A stretch of DNA of 64,000 nt from Candidatus Latescibacterota bacterium. GTDB lineage: Bacteria; Latescibacterota; UBA2968; UBA8231. Below, piece after piece: positions 17,980 to 27,678 of the stretch. The notes below the pieces were generated by a model. It searched no databases. It was not told where the DNA came from and saw only the letters and a list, made by a program, of their open reading frames with translations. Within the stretch, counting starts at the first letter, position 1, and the number at the start of each line of letters is the position of its first letter. Made by a program: the position numbers and the translations under genes. The DNA is taken from assembly GCA_965242865.1 (NCBI GenBank), contig CBDETK010000013.1, positions 2,528,001-2,592,000 on the forward strand, read 5' to 3'.

Positions 17980-19519
17980 CCCCGTGAATTCCGTTTGGTA
18001 TAACGACTGGCGGCAGGTCGATGTGGCGTCGCTCGATGGGTTCGCGCCCACCCGGCCCGTCAGCGTTATAATCCCGTACTACCAGACGCCCACCGGCCCG
18101 TACTACCAAAAATCCGCCGAGACGCTGGTGAGGACCCTCGCGACGCTCGAAGGCCAAACCTACCCGAGAGAACTGTTCGAGGTGATCATCGTGGACGATG
18201 GCTCTGAGCCGCCGCTGGCACGGCCTCCCTCGACATCGCTAGAGGTGAAGGTCATACGGCGGGAGCGGCGCGTAGTCGGACGGACCTTGATGCGTAGCAC
18301 CCACGGTCAGGCGATGAACACCGGCGCTCGGGCCGCGGCTTACGACATCTTGCTCTTCCTCGACAGCGGCATGCTGGTCGAAGCGGGCTGGATGGCGGCG
18401 CACGCCCGTTGGCACCACGCGGTCTCCGACGCCCTGACCGTGGGGATTCGCGCTTACGTAGATGTGAACGGCATGGACGCGGAGACCATTCGGCGTCGGC
18501 CCGGATCGCTGAAAGAATTGCTCTCGGGCCGGCCGATGGACCCGCCCTTGTACGAAGGCTACATGACCAAAACCAACGATCTGACTTCGCGGGCCGATGA
18601 CCCATTTCAGGTGGTGGTCGGAGGCAACTTAGGGGTGTGCAAGGGTTTCTACTGGTCAATGGGTGGGTGCGACGAATCGTTCACGTACTGGGGATTAGAG
18701 GACATCGAATTAGGCTATCGGGCTTATACACGCGGCGGGCTGCTGGTGCCGGTTCGGGACTCTTTGGCCTATCGCCAAGGCCGCTGGGATGAGGGCAGAG
18801 ACGCCAAGCACCGAAGTGCTCAAATCCAAGAGGGAATCGCGGCGCACCGGATCGCCCACCCTTGGTATCGCGGCCACCGGCCCGGTCGAATTTTCGCGGT
18901 GCCCCAATACGTGGTGACCGTCGATATGGGACTATGCCCGGCCGGCCAAGTCGTCCGGGCGGTCAATAACATCCTGACCGACCGGGTGCGCGATCTGCTG
19001 GTGCGAATCGAAATGCCGGCGAGCGACGATGAAGAGCGGCTGGCCCGGCTGCAGGCGGAGTTTGGCCCAGACCCACGGGTGCGCGTCGCGCCCACGTCCA
19101 CCGCCCTCGAGGAATTCCCCGCGTCGCCATTCCACGTCACACTGCCCGCCGCCGTGGTCGCCAAGGACTTGGTGCATCGGCTGCGCGTCAAACTCGGAGA
19201 CGCGGCCCACGCGGAATCGATGCTCCCCGACGGGGCTGGTAAGGTAGCGATCACCCGGGCGTGGGCCCTTCATCGGGCGCAGCGCACCGGAAAAAGTGTT
19301 GCCGACTTTGGCGAGGCGCGGAAGATACCTGCCGCTGCGTTGAAACTGGCGGTCGCTGATCCGGCCGAGGATGTGGACCGCGTCGGTAGGGCGGACTCCG
19401 CCCAGTGGGGACGCTTGCTCGACCGGATGAGGGACGTCCACTCCCCCGGCGAGGTGGGGTCGTTCCTGAAGTGGCTGGCCGGTTCGGTTTGGCGGCGGGT
19501 CGTCGGGAGACCGCGGTGA
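17954..19519 (+). CDS. GT2-family glycosyltransferase, paralogue 3
   Basis: Collinear with paralogues 1 and 2; DxD position reads DSG. Confidence 0.87.
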   Translation: MSTPSAPLSPVNSVWYNDWRQVDVASLDGFAPTRPVSVIIPYYQTPTGPYYQKSAETLVRTLATLEGQTYPRELFEVIIVDDGSEPPLARPPSTSLEVKVIRRERRVVGRTLMRSTHGQAMNTGARAAAYDILLFLDSGMLVEAGWMAAHARWHHAVSDALTVGIRAYVDVNGMDAETIRRRPGSLKELLSGRPMDPPLYEGYMTKTNDLTSRADDPFQVVVGGNLGVCKGFYWSMGGCDESFTYWGLEDIELGYRAYTRGGLLVPVRDSLAYRQGRWDEGRDAKHRSAQIQEGIAAHRIAHPWYRGHRPGRIFAVPQYVVTVDMGLCPAGQVVRAVNNILTDRVRDLLVRIEMPASDDEERLARLQAEFGPDPRVRVAPTSTALEEFPASPFHVTLPAAVVAKDLVHRLRVKLGDAAHAESMLPDGAGKVAITRAWALHRAQRTGKSVADFGEARKIPAAALKLAVADPAEDVDRVGRADSAQWGRLLDRMRDVHSPGEVGSFLKWLAGSVWRRVVGRPR

Positions 19520-19538
19520 TCGCATTGCACAACTGAGC

Positions 19539-20573
19539 ATGGGACTCATGGGCAGAAAAACGACGTGGGACCTGCTGTATCGCAGCGGTCTCTCCGCCGC
19601 CATCGGCCGTCGCTACGCCGGCATCGGCTCCATCTTTGCGTTCCACCGCGTCGTGCCCGAGGTGTCGGCCCATCTGAATGGAGAGTTGTATGTCAGCGTC
19701 CAATTCTTGGCAGACTGGCTGGCCGCGCTCCACAAAGCCGGCGTCGAGCTGATTTCCATAAGCGATGCCATCGAGCGCATTGAGGATCCGGGCCGCCATT
19801 CCTCCAAGCGGCGGTTCGTGGTCGTCACCTTTGACGACGGATACGCCGACAACCTCGCGCATGCCCTGCCGGTATTGGAGCGGTACGAAGTGCCGTTTAC
19901 CGTGTACGTCACAACGGCTCTGGTGGAGGGCAGCGGCTACTTGTGGTGGCTCGGTCTAGAGCATTTGCTGCGGATGAACGAAGCGGTCGAAGTTCCGCCG
20001 ATGGAGAGGCGGTTCATTGCCTCGTCTATCGAGGAAAAGGCGCGCGCCATCGCCCAAGTGGAGCGTTGGGTATGGGCGGACCTAGGGCCGCGGGCGTCGA
20101 TGCTGCGCGATGTATTCAACCAGTACGGCGTGTCCCTAAGCGCGGTGACGAGGGAAGCGGGATTGTCGGGGGAGCAGCTGCGCGAACTCGGCGGCCATCC
20201 TTTGGCGACCATCGGCGGTCACACGGCCGGCCACCCCGATTTGACGAGCCTGAGCCCATCGCAGGCGTACCGCGAAATGTCCGATAACAAGACCTTTCTC
20301 GAAAACCTCTGCGGGTGCCCGGTCGATCACTTCGCCTATCCCTACGGCACGGGCGGAGCGCGGGAGGCGGCCTTGGCTGGGAAAGCCGGTTTTAAGACGG
20401 CCGTCACGAACAAGCAGGGTTGTCTATTCCCGCAACATCGGGACCATCTCTTAGGGCTGCCGCGCCACCCATGCTTAGGTTCCAGAATGTGGTTGAGCTT
20501 CATGCATGCCCAGCGGCACGGCGTACGGCATTTCATCGGCAGCCGCGGCGGGTGTCCGGTGGTCGCGCTTTGA
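19539..20573 (+). CDS. Polysaccharide deacetylase (NodB/CE4)
   Basis: FHRV, TFDDGYAD, GGHTAGHP and FAYPYG motifs. Confidence 0.9.
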   Translation: MGLMGRKTTWDLLYRSGLSAAIGRRYAGIGSIFAFHRVVPEVSAHLNGELYVSVQFLADWLAALHKAGVELISISDAIERIEDPGRHSSKRRFVVVTFDDGYADNLAHALPVLERYEVPFTVYVTTALVEGSGYLWWLGLEHLLRMNEAVEVPPMERRFIASSIEEKARAIAQVERWVWADLGPRASMLRDVFNQYGVSLSAVTREAGLSGEQLRELGGHPLATIGGHTAGHPDLTSLSPSQAYREMSDNKTFLENLCGCPVDHFAYPYGTGGAREAALAGKAGFKTAVTNKQGCLFPQHRDHLLGLPRHPCLGSRMWLSFMHAQRHGVRHFIGSRGGCPVVAL

Positions 20574-21937
20574 TCGGCGTTCAGGTTAAAAACCGAGCGA
20601 AGTCCCTGATTGCGTGGATGCTCCCGGCTTCGGAGCGGCGCGTAGTGCGGCAGGCCCTGTGGATATACGCCATAAGGGCGGTACAGATCTTGGGCGGGCT
20701 GGCGACGTTGCCCCTATCCGTCCGGATCCTCGGCCTCGAAGGATTCGGCGTCCTGACCGTCATCATCGCCGTTGCCCGCCTCATCTACGGACTCGTGCCC
20801 ACGTCGGGCGGCGAAACCATTACAACGTTCGTGATGCGGAGCGTGGCCGAAGGACGGTCTGAGGCGGTACGCATATTTCGTTTCACCCTAATCGCCTCCT
20901 TGGGGCTGAGTTTGGTTGCCTATGCCGTCATTGCCGTCCTCACCTTCGCGGCCGGCAGCCTGCTGGAAATCGACCCAGAGCACCGGCACCTAATGCTCCT
21001 GTATGGCATGGTCGGCCTTTTGACGGCTGTGAATAGAGAATCGCAGGCGGTGCTGCGCTTGGCCGACCGCCTACAGCTTGGACTGGGCATCAATGTTGCC
21101 GTTACTTTGGGCCGGATCGGCCTCTTGGCCGCGGTATGGCTGACCGGGGGGGGGATCATGGAGGTCGTCTTGGCGTATGTCGCGGTGTCGGCGGTGAACG
21201 GGTTGGGGATGTTCGCCGTTGCCACGGCGTCGGCTCCGCTGGCGGGCTTGGCGGGCTTCTGGCGTTCGCTGTCGATCAAAGTCCCGCCGGAAGTGATGAG
21301 ATTCTACGCCGGAAGGTACTGGGAGGCAGGCATCAACACCGCATTGATAAATAATCTGGACATCCTCCTGCTGGCGCGATTCGCCGACTCGGCCGACGTG
21401 GGGCTGTACGGCGCGGCGCGGCGGCTGGTGAACATGGTGCGAGAGACAATCATGCCGATACGCGCCGGGGCAACGGTTGAGTACAGCAGACTGTGGTACT
21501 CGGGACGAGGTGCCGAGTTGCGCCGCGTCGCGTTCAGCACCACCGTCTTGACAAGCGCGTTGTTCGCCGCCGGATTCGGGCTGCTGGCCCTCTTTCGAGA
21601 GCCGATCATTCGACTCTTCTTGGGCGATGAGTTCGCCGGCGTGGCCCCGCTGCTGCTGATTGCGATTCTGGGTACGCTCCCCATCGCCCCTGCGCTCATA
21701 TCGTTGCCGGCCGCGGTGGGACGGGTTGGTCCGATCATACTGTCAGCAACGGTGCGATTGGCCGTTTTCCTCGCCACCATGCTGTGGATGGTGCCTGAAT
21801 ATGGCGCGGAAGGAATGGCTTGGGCCAGAACGATATCCGGCCTAGTCGGCCTCCTCATTATCGCCTCGTTTGCCAGCTCGATACTGAGGCAGAGTTTCCG
21901 GCTGGGGCAAGTAAAAACTCAGCAACCCGGCACCTAG
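20570..21937 (+). CDS. Wzx-like oligosaccharide flippase
   Basis: Many TM helices, LGLEGFG, LDILLL...VGLYGAARRL; TTG start overlapping the deacetylase stop. Confidence 0.8.
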   Translation: MIGVQVKNRAKSLIAWMLPASERRVVRQALWIYAIRAVQILGGLATLPLSVRILGLEGFGVLTVIIAVARLIYGLVPTSGGETITTFVMRSVAEGRSEAVRIFRFTLIASLGLSLVAYAVIAVLTFAAGSLLEIDPEHRHLMLLYGMVGLLTAVNRESQAVLRLADRLQLGLGINVAVTLGRIGLLAAVWLTGGGIMEVVLAYVAVSAVNGLGMFAVATASAPLAGLAGFWRSLSIKVPPEVMRFYAGRYWEAGINTALINNLDILLLARFADSADVGLYGAARRLVNMVRETIMPIRAGATVEYSRLWYSGRGAELRRVAFSTTVLTSALFAAGFGLLALFREPIIRLFLGDEFAGVAPLLLIAILGTLPIAPALISLPAAVGRVGPIILSATVRLAVFLATMLWMVPEYGAEGMAWARTISGLVGLLIIASFASSILRQSFRLGQVKTQQPGT

Positions 21938-21972
21938 CAAGGCCGATAAGGCCAACGAAACGAGGTTTAGCC

Positions 21973-23523
21973 ATGCAAGTTCGCCGCAAACTGCCCATCG
22001 GCATTCAGACGTTTCGCAGAATTCGCGAGGATAACTGCTACTACGTCGATAAGACCGCCTTCATCCGGCGGCTGGTGGACGAGGGCACCCATTACTTCCT
22101 GTCGCGCCCGCGTCGGTTCGGCAAGAGCCTGCTGATTGATACCCTCAAGGAGTTGTTCGAGGGCAACGAGCCGCTGTTCGAGGGGCTGGATATTTACGAC
22201 CACTGGGACTGGTCGGTTCGCTATCCGGTGGTACGCCTCGACTTCAGCAGCGGCAACTATGCCGAGCCAGACTACCTGCAAACCAACCTGATGGCGCAGT
22301 TGGCGGCCATTGAACGCCGGTTCCAAGTGGCATCCGAGCACACCACCGCGCCGGAACGCCTCGCCCATCTGCTCGAGGTGCTGCACGAGCAGCATGGGCA
22401 GCGGGTGGCCGTGCTGGTCGATGAATACGACAAGCCGATCTTGGATGCGCTGGAGGATCTGGCGGTCGCCCGCGCCAACCGCAACTTTCTGCGCGGGCTC
22501 TATGCGACGATTAAGTTCGCCGATGCACACGTCAAGTTCACCTTGCTGACCGGGGTGAGCAAATTCTCCAAGGTCAGCCTGTTTTCGGGGCTCAATAATC
22601 TCAGAGACATCACCCTCGCGGCGCGTTACTCGGCGATCTGTGGCTACACCGACGCGGATCTAGACCGGACATTTGCGCCGGAGTTGCCGGGCTTGGACCG
22701 GGACGCCATTCGCGCTTGGTACAACGGCTACAACTGGCTGGGCGACGAAAAGGTGTATAATCCCTTCGACATTCTCCTGCTCTTTGACGAGCGCAAGTTC
22801 GGTGCGTACTGGTTTGAGACGGGTACGCCGACGTTTCTGCTCAACATGCTGGTGGAGCGCGGCGTTGGTTCGCTGGCCTTGGAAAGCATGCGCGGCGGCG
22901 ATGCGCTGCTTTCGACCTTCGACGTGGATCACATTGCCACCGAGGCCCTGTTGTTCCAGACCGGCTACCTGACGATCCAAGCCGAAGAAGACCGCAGCGG
23001 CCACCGATTCTACCGGCTGGGCTATCCCAACCGCGAGGTGCGGCAGAGCCTAAACGAGTGCCTGCTCAACCGCCTGACAGACGACCCCTCGCGCCAAGTG
23101 CAGCACAGCACCCGCTTGTACGACCTGCTGCTGGCCAACGACTTCGCCGGCTTAGAGGAGCTGTTTCAGGCGTTCTTTGCGGGCATTCCCTACCAGTGGC
23201 ACACCAAAAACAACATCGCCGACTACGAAGGGTACTACGCCAGCGTGTTCTACTCGTACTTTGCGTCATTGGGGTTGGATGTCAGGGTCGAGGACAGCAG
23301 CAGTCGCGGGCGCTTGGACATGGCGGTGGTCTTTAACGAGCAGGTGTATCTGTTTGAGTTCAAGGTAGAGGAGCACGCTTCGGCAGGTGCGGGCTTGGCG
23401 CAGTTGCGGGAACGGGGGTATGCGGCCAAGTATCGCGGTTTAGGGCAGCCGATTCACCTGATTGGGGTGGCGTTCAGCAAGACGACCCGCAACGTGGCCG
23501 CCTTTGAGGTGGCGCAAGCGTGA
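21973..23523 (+). CDS. AAA-ATPase-like / PD-(D/E)XK nuclease fusion, copy 1 (516 aa)
   Basis: LPIGIQTF, YVDKT, RPRRFGKS Walker A, LVDEYDKP Walker B, C-terminal GRLD...FEFK. Confidence 0.92.
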   Translation: MQVRRKLPIGIQTFRRIREDNCYYVDKTAFIRRLVDEGTHYFLSRPRRFGKSLLIDTLKELFEGNEPLFEGLDIYDHWDWSVRYPVVRLDFSSGNYAEPDYLQTNLMAQLAAIERRFQVASEHTTAPERLAHLLEVLHEQHGQRVAVLVDEYDKPILDALEDLAVARANRNFLRGLYATIKFADAHVKFTLLTGVSKFSKVSLFSGLNNLRDITLAARYSAICGYTDADLDRTFAPELPGLDRDAIRAWYNGYNWLGDEKVYNPFDILLLFDERKFGAYWFETGTPTFLLNMLVERGVGSLALESMRGGDALLSTFDVDHIATEALLFQTGYLTIQAEEDRSGHRFYRLGYPNREVRQSLNECLLNRLTDDPSRQVQHSTRLYDLLLANDFAGLEELFQAFFAGIPYQWHTKNNIADYEGYYASVFYSYFASLGLDVRVEDSSSRGRLDMAVVFNEQVYLFEFKVEEHASAGAGLAQLRERGYAAKYRGLGQPIHLIGVAFSKTTRNVAAFEVAQA

Positions 23524-23594
23524 AACTTGCGTGCGCACCGGCTCGAACCGCTCGAAGCGGCCGTCATCCATTTTAACCCAACAAGGAGCGACCC

Positions 23595-24344
23595 ATGGAC
23601 CAACCGAACACCGAGTACGACGCTATTGCGGAAGCCTATAAAGCCTCCAAACAACTGTCCTTTCGGAAGTACATTGAAGAGCATACGCTCTTTGCGATCT
23701 TGGGCGATATTCGCGGGGCGACGGTCTTGGACTTGGCCTGCGGCGAGGGGTTTTACACCCGCAAGCTCAAGTCCGCCGGAGCGCGATCCATCATCGGCGT
23801 TGATATTTCCGCGAAAATGATCGAGCTGGCCAACCGAGAGGAATGCATCCGGCCCTTGGGCTGCCAGTACCTGCAGCAGGATGTGGCCGAGCTCGAACTG
23901 GCTGAACAGGTCGATCTCGTGGTGGCCATGTATCTGTTGAACTACGCCAAGACGTGCGCGGAACTGCTCCGCTTGGTCGAGGTGGTCTATAAGGGTCTGC
24001 AACCGGGGGGCCGCTTTGTCGGGTTCAACGACAATGTCCAATGTGTTCCCACCGGCCTCGAGTCTTTTGCCCAATACGGGTTTGACAAAGAATGCACCGA
24101 GGCCCCGCGAGAAGGCGATGCCATTGTGTACAGAATGACCAATGAAGATGGTACGCAGTTTGCGTTTGAGAATTACTTTCTCAAACCAGCGACGTATCAA
24201 TGGGCCTTTCAAAAAGTGGGGTTTGCCGATTTCCAGTGGGTCGGCCCCCATCTGCACCCGTCTCAGCAGCGCGATCCGTTTTGGGATGCCTTTATGGCGC
24301 GTCCCCCCGTAATCGGCTTTAGCGCGTCGAAGCCCATAGACTGA
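23595..24344 (+). CDS. Class I SAM-dependent methyltransferase (ToxA-like small-molecule type)
   Basis: VLDLACGEG, GVDISAKMIELA, YLLNYA and LQPGGRF motifs; SD AAGGAG. Confidence 0.85.
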   Translation: MDQPNTEYDAIAEAYKASKQLSFRKYIEEHTLFAILGDIRGATVLDLACGEGFYTRKLKSAGARSIIGVDISAKMIELANREECIRPLGCQYLQQDVAELELAEQVDLVVAMYLLNYAKTCAELLRLVEVVYKGLQPGGRFVGFNDNVQCVPTGLESFAQYGFDKECTEAPREGDAIVYRMTNEDGTQFAFENYFLKPATYQWAFQKVGFADFQWVGPHLHPSQQRDPFWDAFMARPPVIGFSASKPID

Positions 24345-24430
24345 CTCGGGTCCGCGAAGATGGATTGTTTCAAAAGAAAGGCGTATAATCGAGCCGAGGC
24401 CGATAAAGCAAACGGAAGGAGGTTCCAGCC

Positions 24431-25981
24431 ATGCAAACTCGCCGCAAACTGCCCATCGGCATTCAGACGTTCCGCGAGATTCGCGAGGATAACTGCTACT
24501 ACGTCGATAAGACCGCCTTCATCCGGCGGCTGGTGGACGAGGGCAAGCACTACTTTCTCTCTCGCCCGCGTCGGTTCGGCAAGAGCCTGCTGATTGATAC
24601 CCTCAAGGAGTTGTTCGAGGGCAACGAGCCGCTATTCGAGGGGTTGGCCATTTACGACCGCTGGGACTGGTCGGTTCGCTATCCCGTGGTACGACTCGAC
24701 TTTAGCAGCGGCAACTATGCCGAGCCGGGCTACCTGCAGACCAACTTGATGGCGCAGTTGGCGGCCATTGAACGCCGGTTCCAAGTGGCCTCTGAGCACA
24801 CCACCGCGCCGGAACGCCTCGCCCACCTGCTCGAGGTGCTGCACGAGCAGCGTGGGCAGCGGGTGGCCGTACTGGTTGATGAATACGACAAACCGATCTT
24901 GGATGCGCTAGAGGATCTAGCGGTCGCCCGCGCCAATCGCAACTTTCTGCGCGGGCTCTATGCGACTATCAAGTTCTCCGATGCACACGTCAAGTTCACC
25001 CTGCTGACCGGGGTGAGCAAATTCTCCAAGGTCAGCTTGTTTTCGGGGCTCAATAATCTCAGAGACATCACCCTCGCGGCGCGTTACTCGGCGATCTGTG
25101 GCTACACCGACGCAGATCTAGACCGGACATTTGCGCCGGAGTTGCCGGGCTTGGACCGGGACGCCATTCGCGCTTGGTACAACGGCTACAACTGGCTGGG
25201 CGACGAAAAGGTGTATAACCCTTTCGACATTCTCCTGCTCTTTGACGAGCGCAAGTTCGGTGCGTACTGGTTTGAGACGGGTACGCCGACATTTCTGCTC
25301 AACATGCTGGTGGAACGCGGCGTCGGTTCGCTGGCCTTGGAAAGCATGCGCGGCGGCGATGCGTTGCTTTCGACCTTCGACGTGGATCACATTGCGACCG
25401 AGGCCCTGTTGTTCCAGACCGGCTACCTGACGATCCAAGCCGAAGAAGACCGCAGCGGCCACCGATTCTACCGATTGGGCTATCCCAACCGCGAGGTGCG
25501 GCAGAGCCTGAACGAGTGCCTGCTCAACCACCTGACAGACGACCCCTCGCGCCAAGTGCAGCACAGCACCCGCTTGTACGACCTGCTGCTGGCCAACGAC
25601 TTCGCGGGCTTGGAGGAGCTATTTCAGGCGTTCTTTGCGGGCATTCCCTACCAGTGGCACACCAAAAACAACATCGCCGACTACGAGGGGTACTACGCCA
25701 GCGTGTTCTATTCCTACTTTGCGTCGTTGGGGTTGGACATCAGGGTGGAGGACAGCAGCAGTCGCGGGCGCTTAGACATGGCGGTGGTCTTTAACGAGCA
25801 GGTGTACCTGTTTGAGTTCAAGGTGGTGGAGAACGCCTCGGCTAGCGCAGGACTGGCGCAGTTGAGGGATCGGGGGTATGCGGCCAAGTATCGCGGTTTG
25901 GGGCAGCCGATACACCTGATTGGGGTGGCGTTCAGCAAGACGACCCGCAACGTGGCCGCCTTTGAAGTGGCACCGGCGTGA
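24431..25981 (+). CDS. AAA-ATPase-like / PD-(D/E)XK nuclease fusion, copy 2 (516 aa)
   Basis: Near-identical to copy 1 at DNA and protein level. Confidence 0.92.
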   Translation: MQTRRKLPIGIQTFREIREDNCYYVDKTAFIRRLVDEGKHYFLSRPRRFGKSLLIDTLKELFEGNEPLFEGLAIYDRWDWSVRYPVVRLDFSSGNYAEPGYLQTNLMAQLAAIERRFQVASEHTTAPERLAHLLEVLHEQRGQRVAVLVDEYDKPILDALEDLAVARANRNFLRGLYATIKFSDAHVKFTLLTGVSKFSKVSLFSGLNNLRDITLAARYSAICGYTDADLDRTFAPELPGLDRDAIRAWYNGYNWLGDEKVYNPFDILLLFDERKFGAYWFETGTPTFLLNMLVERGVGSLALESMRGGDALLSTFDVDHIATEALLFQTGYLTIQAEEDRSGHRFYRLGYPNREVRQSLNECLLNHLTDDPSRQVQHSTRLYDLLLANDFAGLEELFQAFFAGIPYQWHTKNNIADYEGYYASVFYSYFASLGLDIRVEDSSSRGRLDMAVVFNEQVYLFEFKVVENASASAGLAQLRDRGYAAKYRGLGQPIHLIGVAFSKTTRNVAAFEVAPA

Positions 25982-26127
25982 GGATTGTGTGTGTGGTACA
26001 AGGGTGACCGGAAGAGTGTTGAAGCCGACTTCACAACCCGGATACGGTCCGTTACTTTCTAGCCGAATCCACGCTAGACCCGTTGGTTGAAGTGAACGGG
26101 TGCGTCGCCTCGGAAAGGAGTTAGGAC

Positions 26128-27678
26128 ATGCAGGCCAAGCGCAAACTGCCCATCGGCATTCAGACGTTCCGCGAGATTCGCGAGGACAACTGCTACTACG
26201 TCGATAAGACCGCCTTCATCCGGCGGCTGGTGGACGAAGGCAAGCACTACTTTCTCTCTCGCCCGCGTCGGTTCGGCAAGAGCCTGCTGATTGATACCCT
26301 CAAGGAGTTGTTCGAGGGCAACGAGCCGCTGTTCGAGGGGTTGGCCATTTACGACCGCTGGGACTGGTCGGTTCGCTATCCGGTGGTACGACTCGACTTC
26401 AGCAGCGGCAACTATGCCGAGCCGGGCTACCTACAGACCAATTTGATGGCGCAGTTGGCGGCCATTGAACGCCGGTTCCAAGTAGCATCTGAGCACACCA
26501 CCGCGCCGGAACGCCTCGCCCATCTGCTCGAGGTGCTGCACGAGCAGCATGGGCAGCGGGTGGCCGTGCTGGTCGATGAATACGACAAGCCGATCTTGGA
26601 TGCGCTAGAGGATCTAGCGGTCGCCCGCGCCAACCGCAACTTTCTGCGCGGGCTCTATGCGACGATTAAGTTCGCCGACGCGCACGTCAAGTTCACCCTG
26701 CTGACTGGGGTGAGCAAATTCTCCAAGGTCAGCCTGTTCTCCGGGCTGAACAACCTCAAGGACATCACTTTAGACCCGCGCTACTCGGCCCTGTGCGGCT
26801 ACACCGACGCGGATTTGGACACCGTGTTCGCGCCGGAACTCCCCGGCTTGGACCGGGATGAGATTCGCCGCTGGTACAACGGCTACAACTGGCTGGGCGA
26901 CGACAAGGTGTACAACCCCTTCGACATCCTGCTGCTGTTCGATCGCGGTCGGTTCGGTGCGTACTGGTTTGAGACAGGTACGCCGACGTTTCTACTTGAG
27001 ACGCTGGTGACCCGCGGCGTCAGCACCTTGGCACTTGACGGCATGCGCGGCGGCGACGAGTTGCTTTCAACCTTCGACGTAGATCACATTGCCACCGAGG
27101 CCCTGTTGTTCCAGACCGGCTACCTGACGATCCAAGCCGAAGAAGACCTCGGTGGGGAAATGTACTACCAACTAGGCTATCCCAATCGCGAGGTGCGGCA
27201 AAGTCTCAACCGGAGTTTGCTCAACCATTTGGCGGATAACCCATCGCACGGGACGACATGCAGTGCCCAGCTATACAAACTGCTACAGGTCAACGACTTT
27301 GCGGGTTTGGAGGAGCTATTTCAGGCGTTCTTTGCCGGCATTCCCTACCAGTGGCACACCAAAAACAACATCGCCGACTACGAGGGATACTACGCCAGCG
27401 TGTTCTATTCCTACTTTGCGTCGTTGGGGTTGGATGTCAGGGTGGAGGACAGCAGCAGTCGCGGTCGCTTAGACATGGCGGTGGTCTTTAACGGCGACGT
27501 GTACCTGTTTGAGTTCAAGGTGGTGGAGCACGCTTCGGCTGGCGCGGGGTTGGCGCAGTTGCGGGAACGGGGGTATGCGGCCAAGTATCGGGGGTTGGGT
27601 TGGCCGATTCACCTGATTGGGGTGGCGTTTAGCAAAAAGACCCGCAACGTGGTCGCCTTTGAGGTGGTGCCGGCGTGA
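26128..27678 (+). CDS. AAA-ATPase-like / PD-(D/E)XK nuclease fusion, copy 3 (516 aa)
   Basis: Same length and motifs; divergent central segment. Confidence 0.92.
   Translation: MQAKRKLPIGIQTFREIREDNCYYVDKTAFIRRLVDEGKHYFLSRPRRFGKSLLIDTLKELFEGNEPLFEGLAIYDRWDWSVRYPVVRLDFSSGNYAEPGYLQTNLMAQLAAIERRFQVASEHTTAPERLAHLLEVLHEQHGQRVAVLVDEYDKPILDALEDLAVARANRNFLRGLYATIKFADAHVKFTLLTGVSKFSKVSLFSGLNNLKDITLDPRYSALCGYTDADLDTVFAPELPGLDRDEIRRWYNGYNWLGDDKVYNPFDILLLFDRGRFGAYWFETGTPTFLLETLVTRGVSTLALDGMRGGDELLSTFDVDHIATEALLFQTGYLTIQAEEDLGGEMYYQLGYPNREVRQSLNRSLLNHLADNPSHGTTCSAQLYKLLQVNDFAGLEELFQAFFAGIPYQWHTKNNIADYEGYYASVFYSYFASLGLDVRVEDSSSRGRLDMAVVFNGDVYLFEFKVVEHASAGAGLAQLRERGYAAKYRGLGWPIHLIGVAFSKKTRNVVAFEVVPA

Larger units (their letters stand above)
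21973..27678 (+). repeat. Three direct ~1.55-kb gene-length repeats
   Basis: 21973-23523, 24431-25981 and 26128-27678 align without gaps (all 1551 nt). Confidence 0.95.

Noticed and set aside
21973-27678. Diversity-generating retroelement or integron array
   Set aside because: No reverse transcriptase or integrase. Differences between copies are not adenine-specific, and no convincing attC sites were found.
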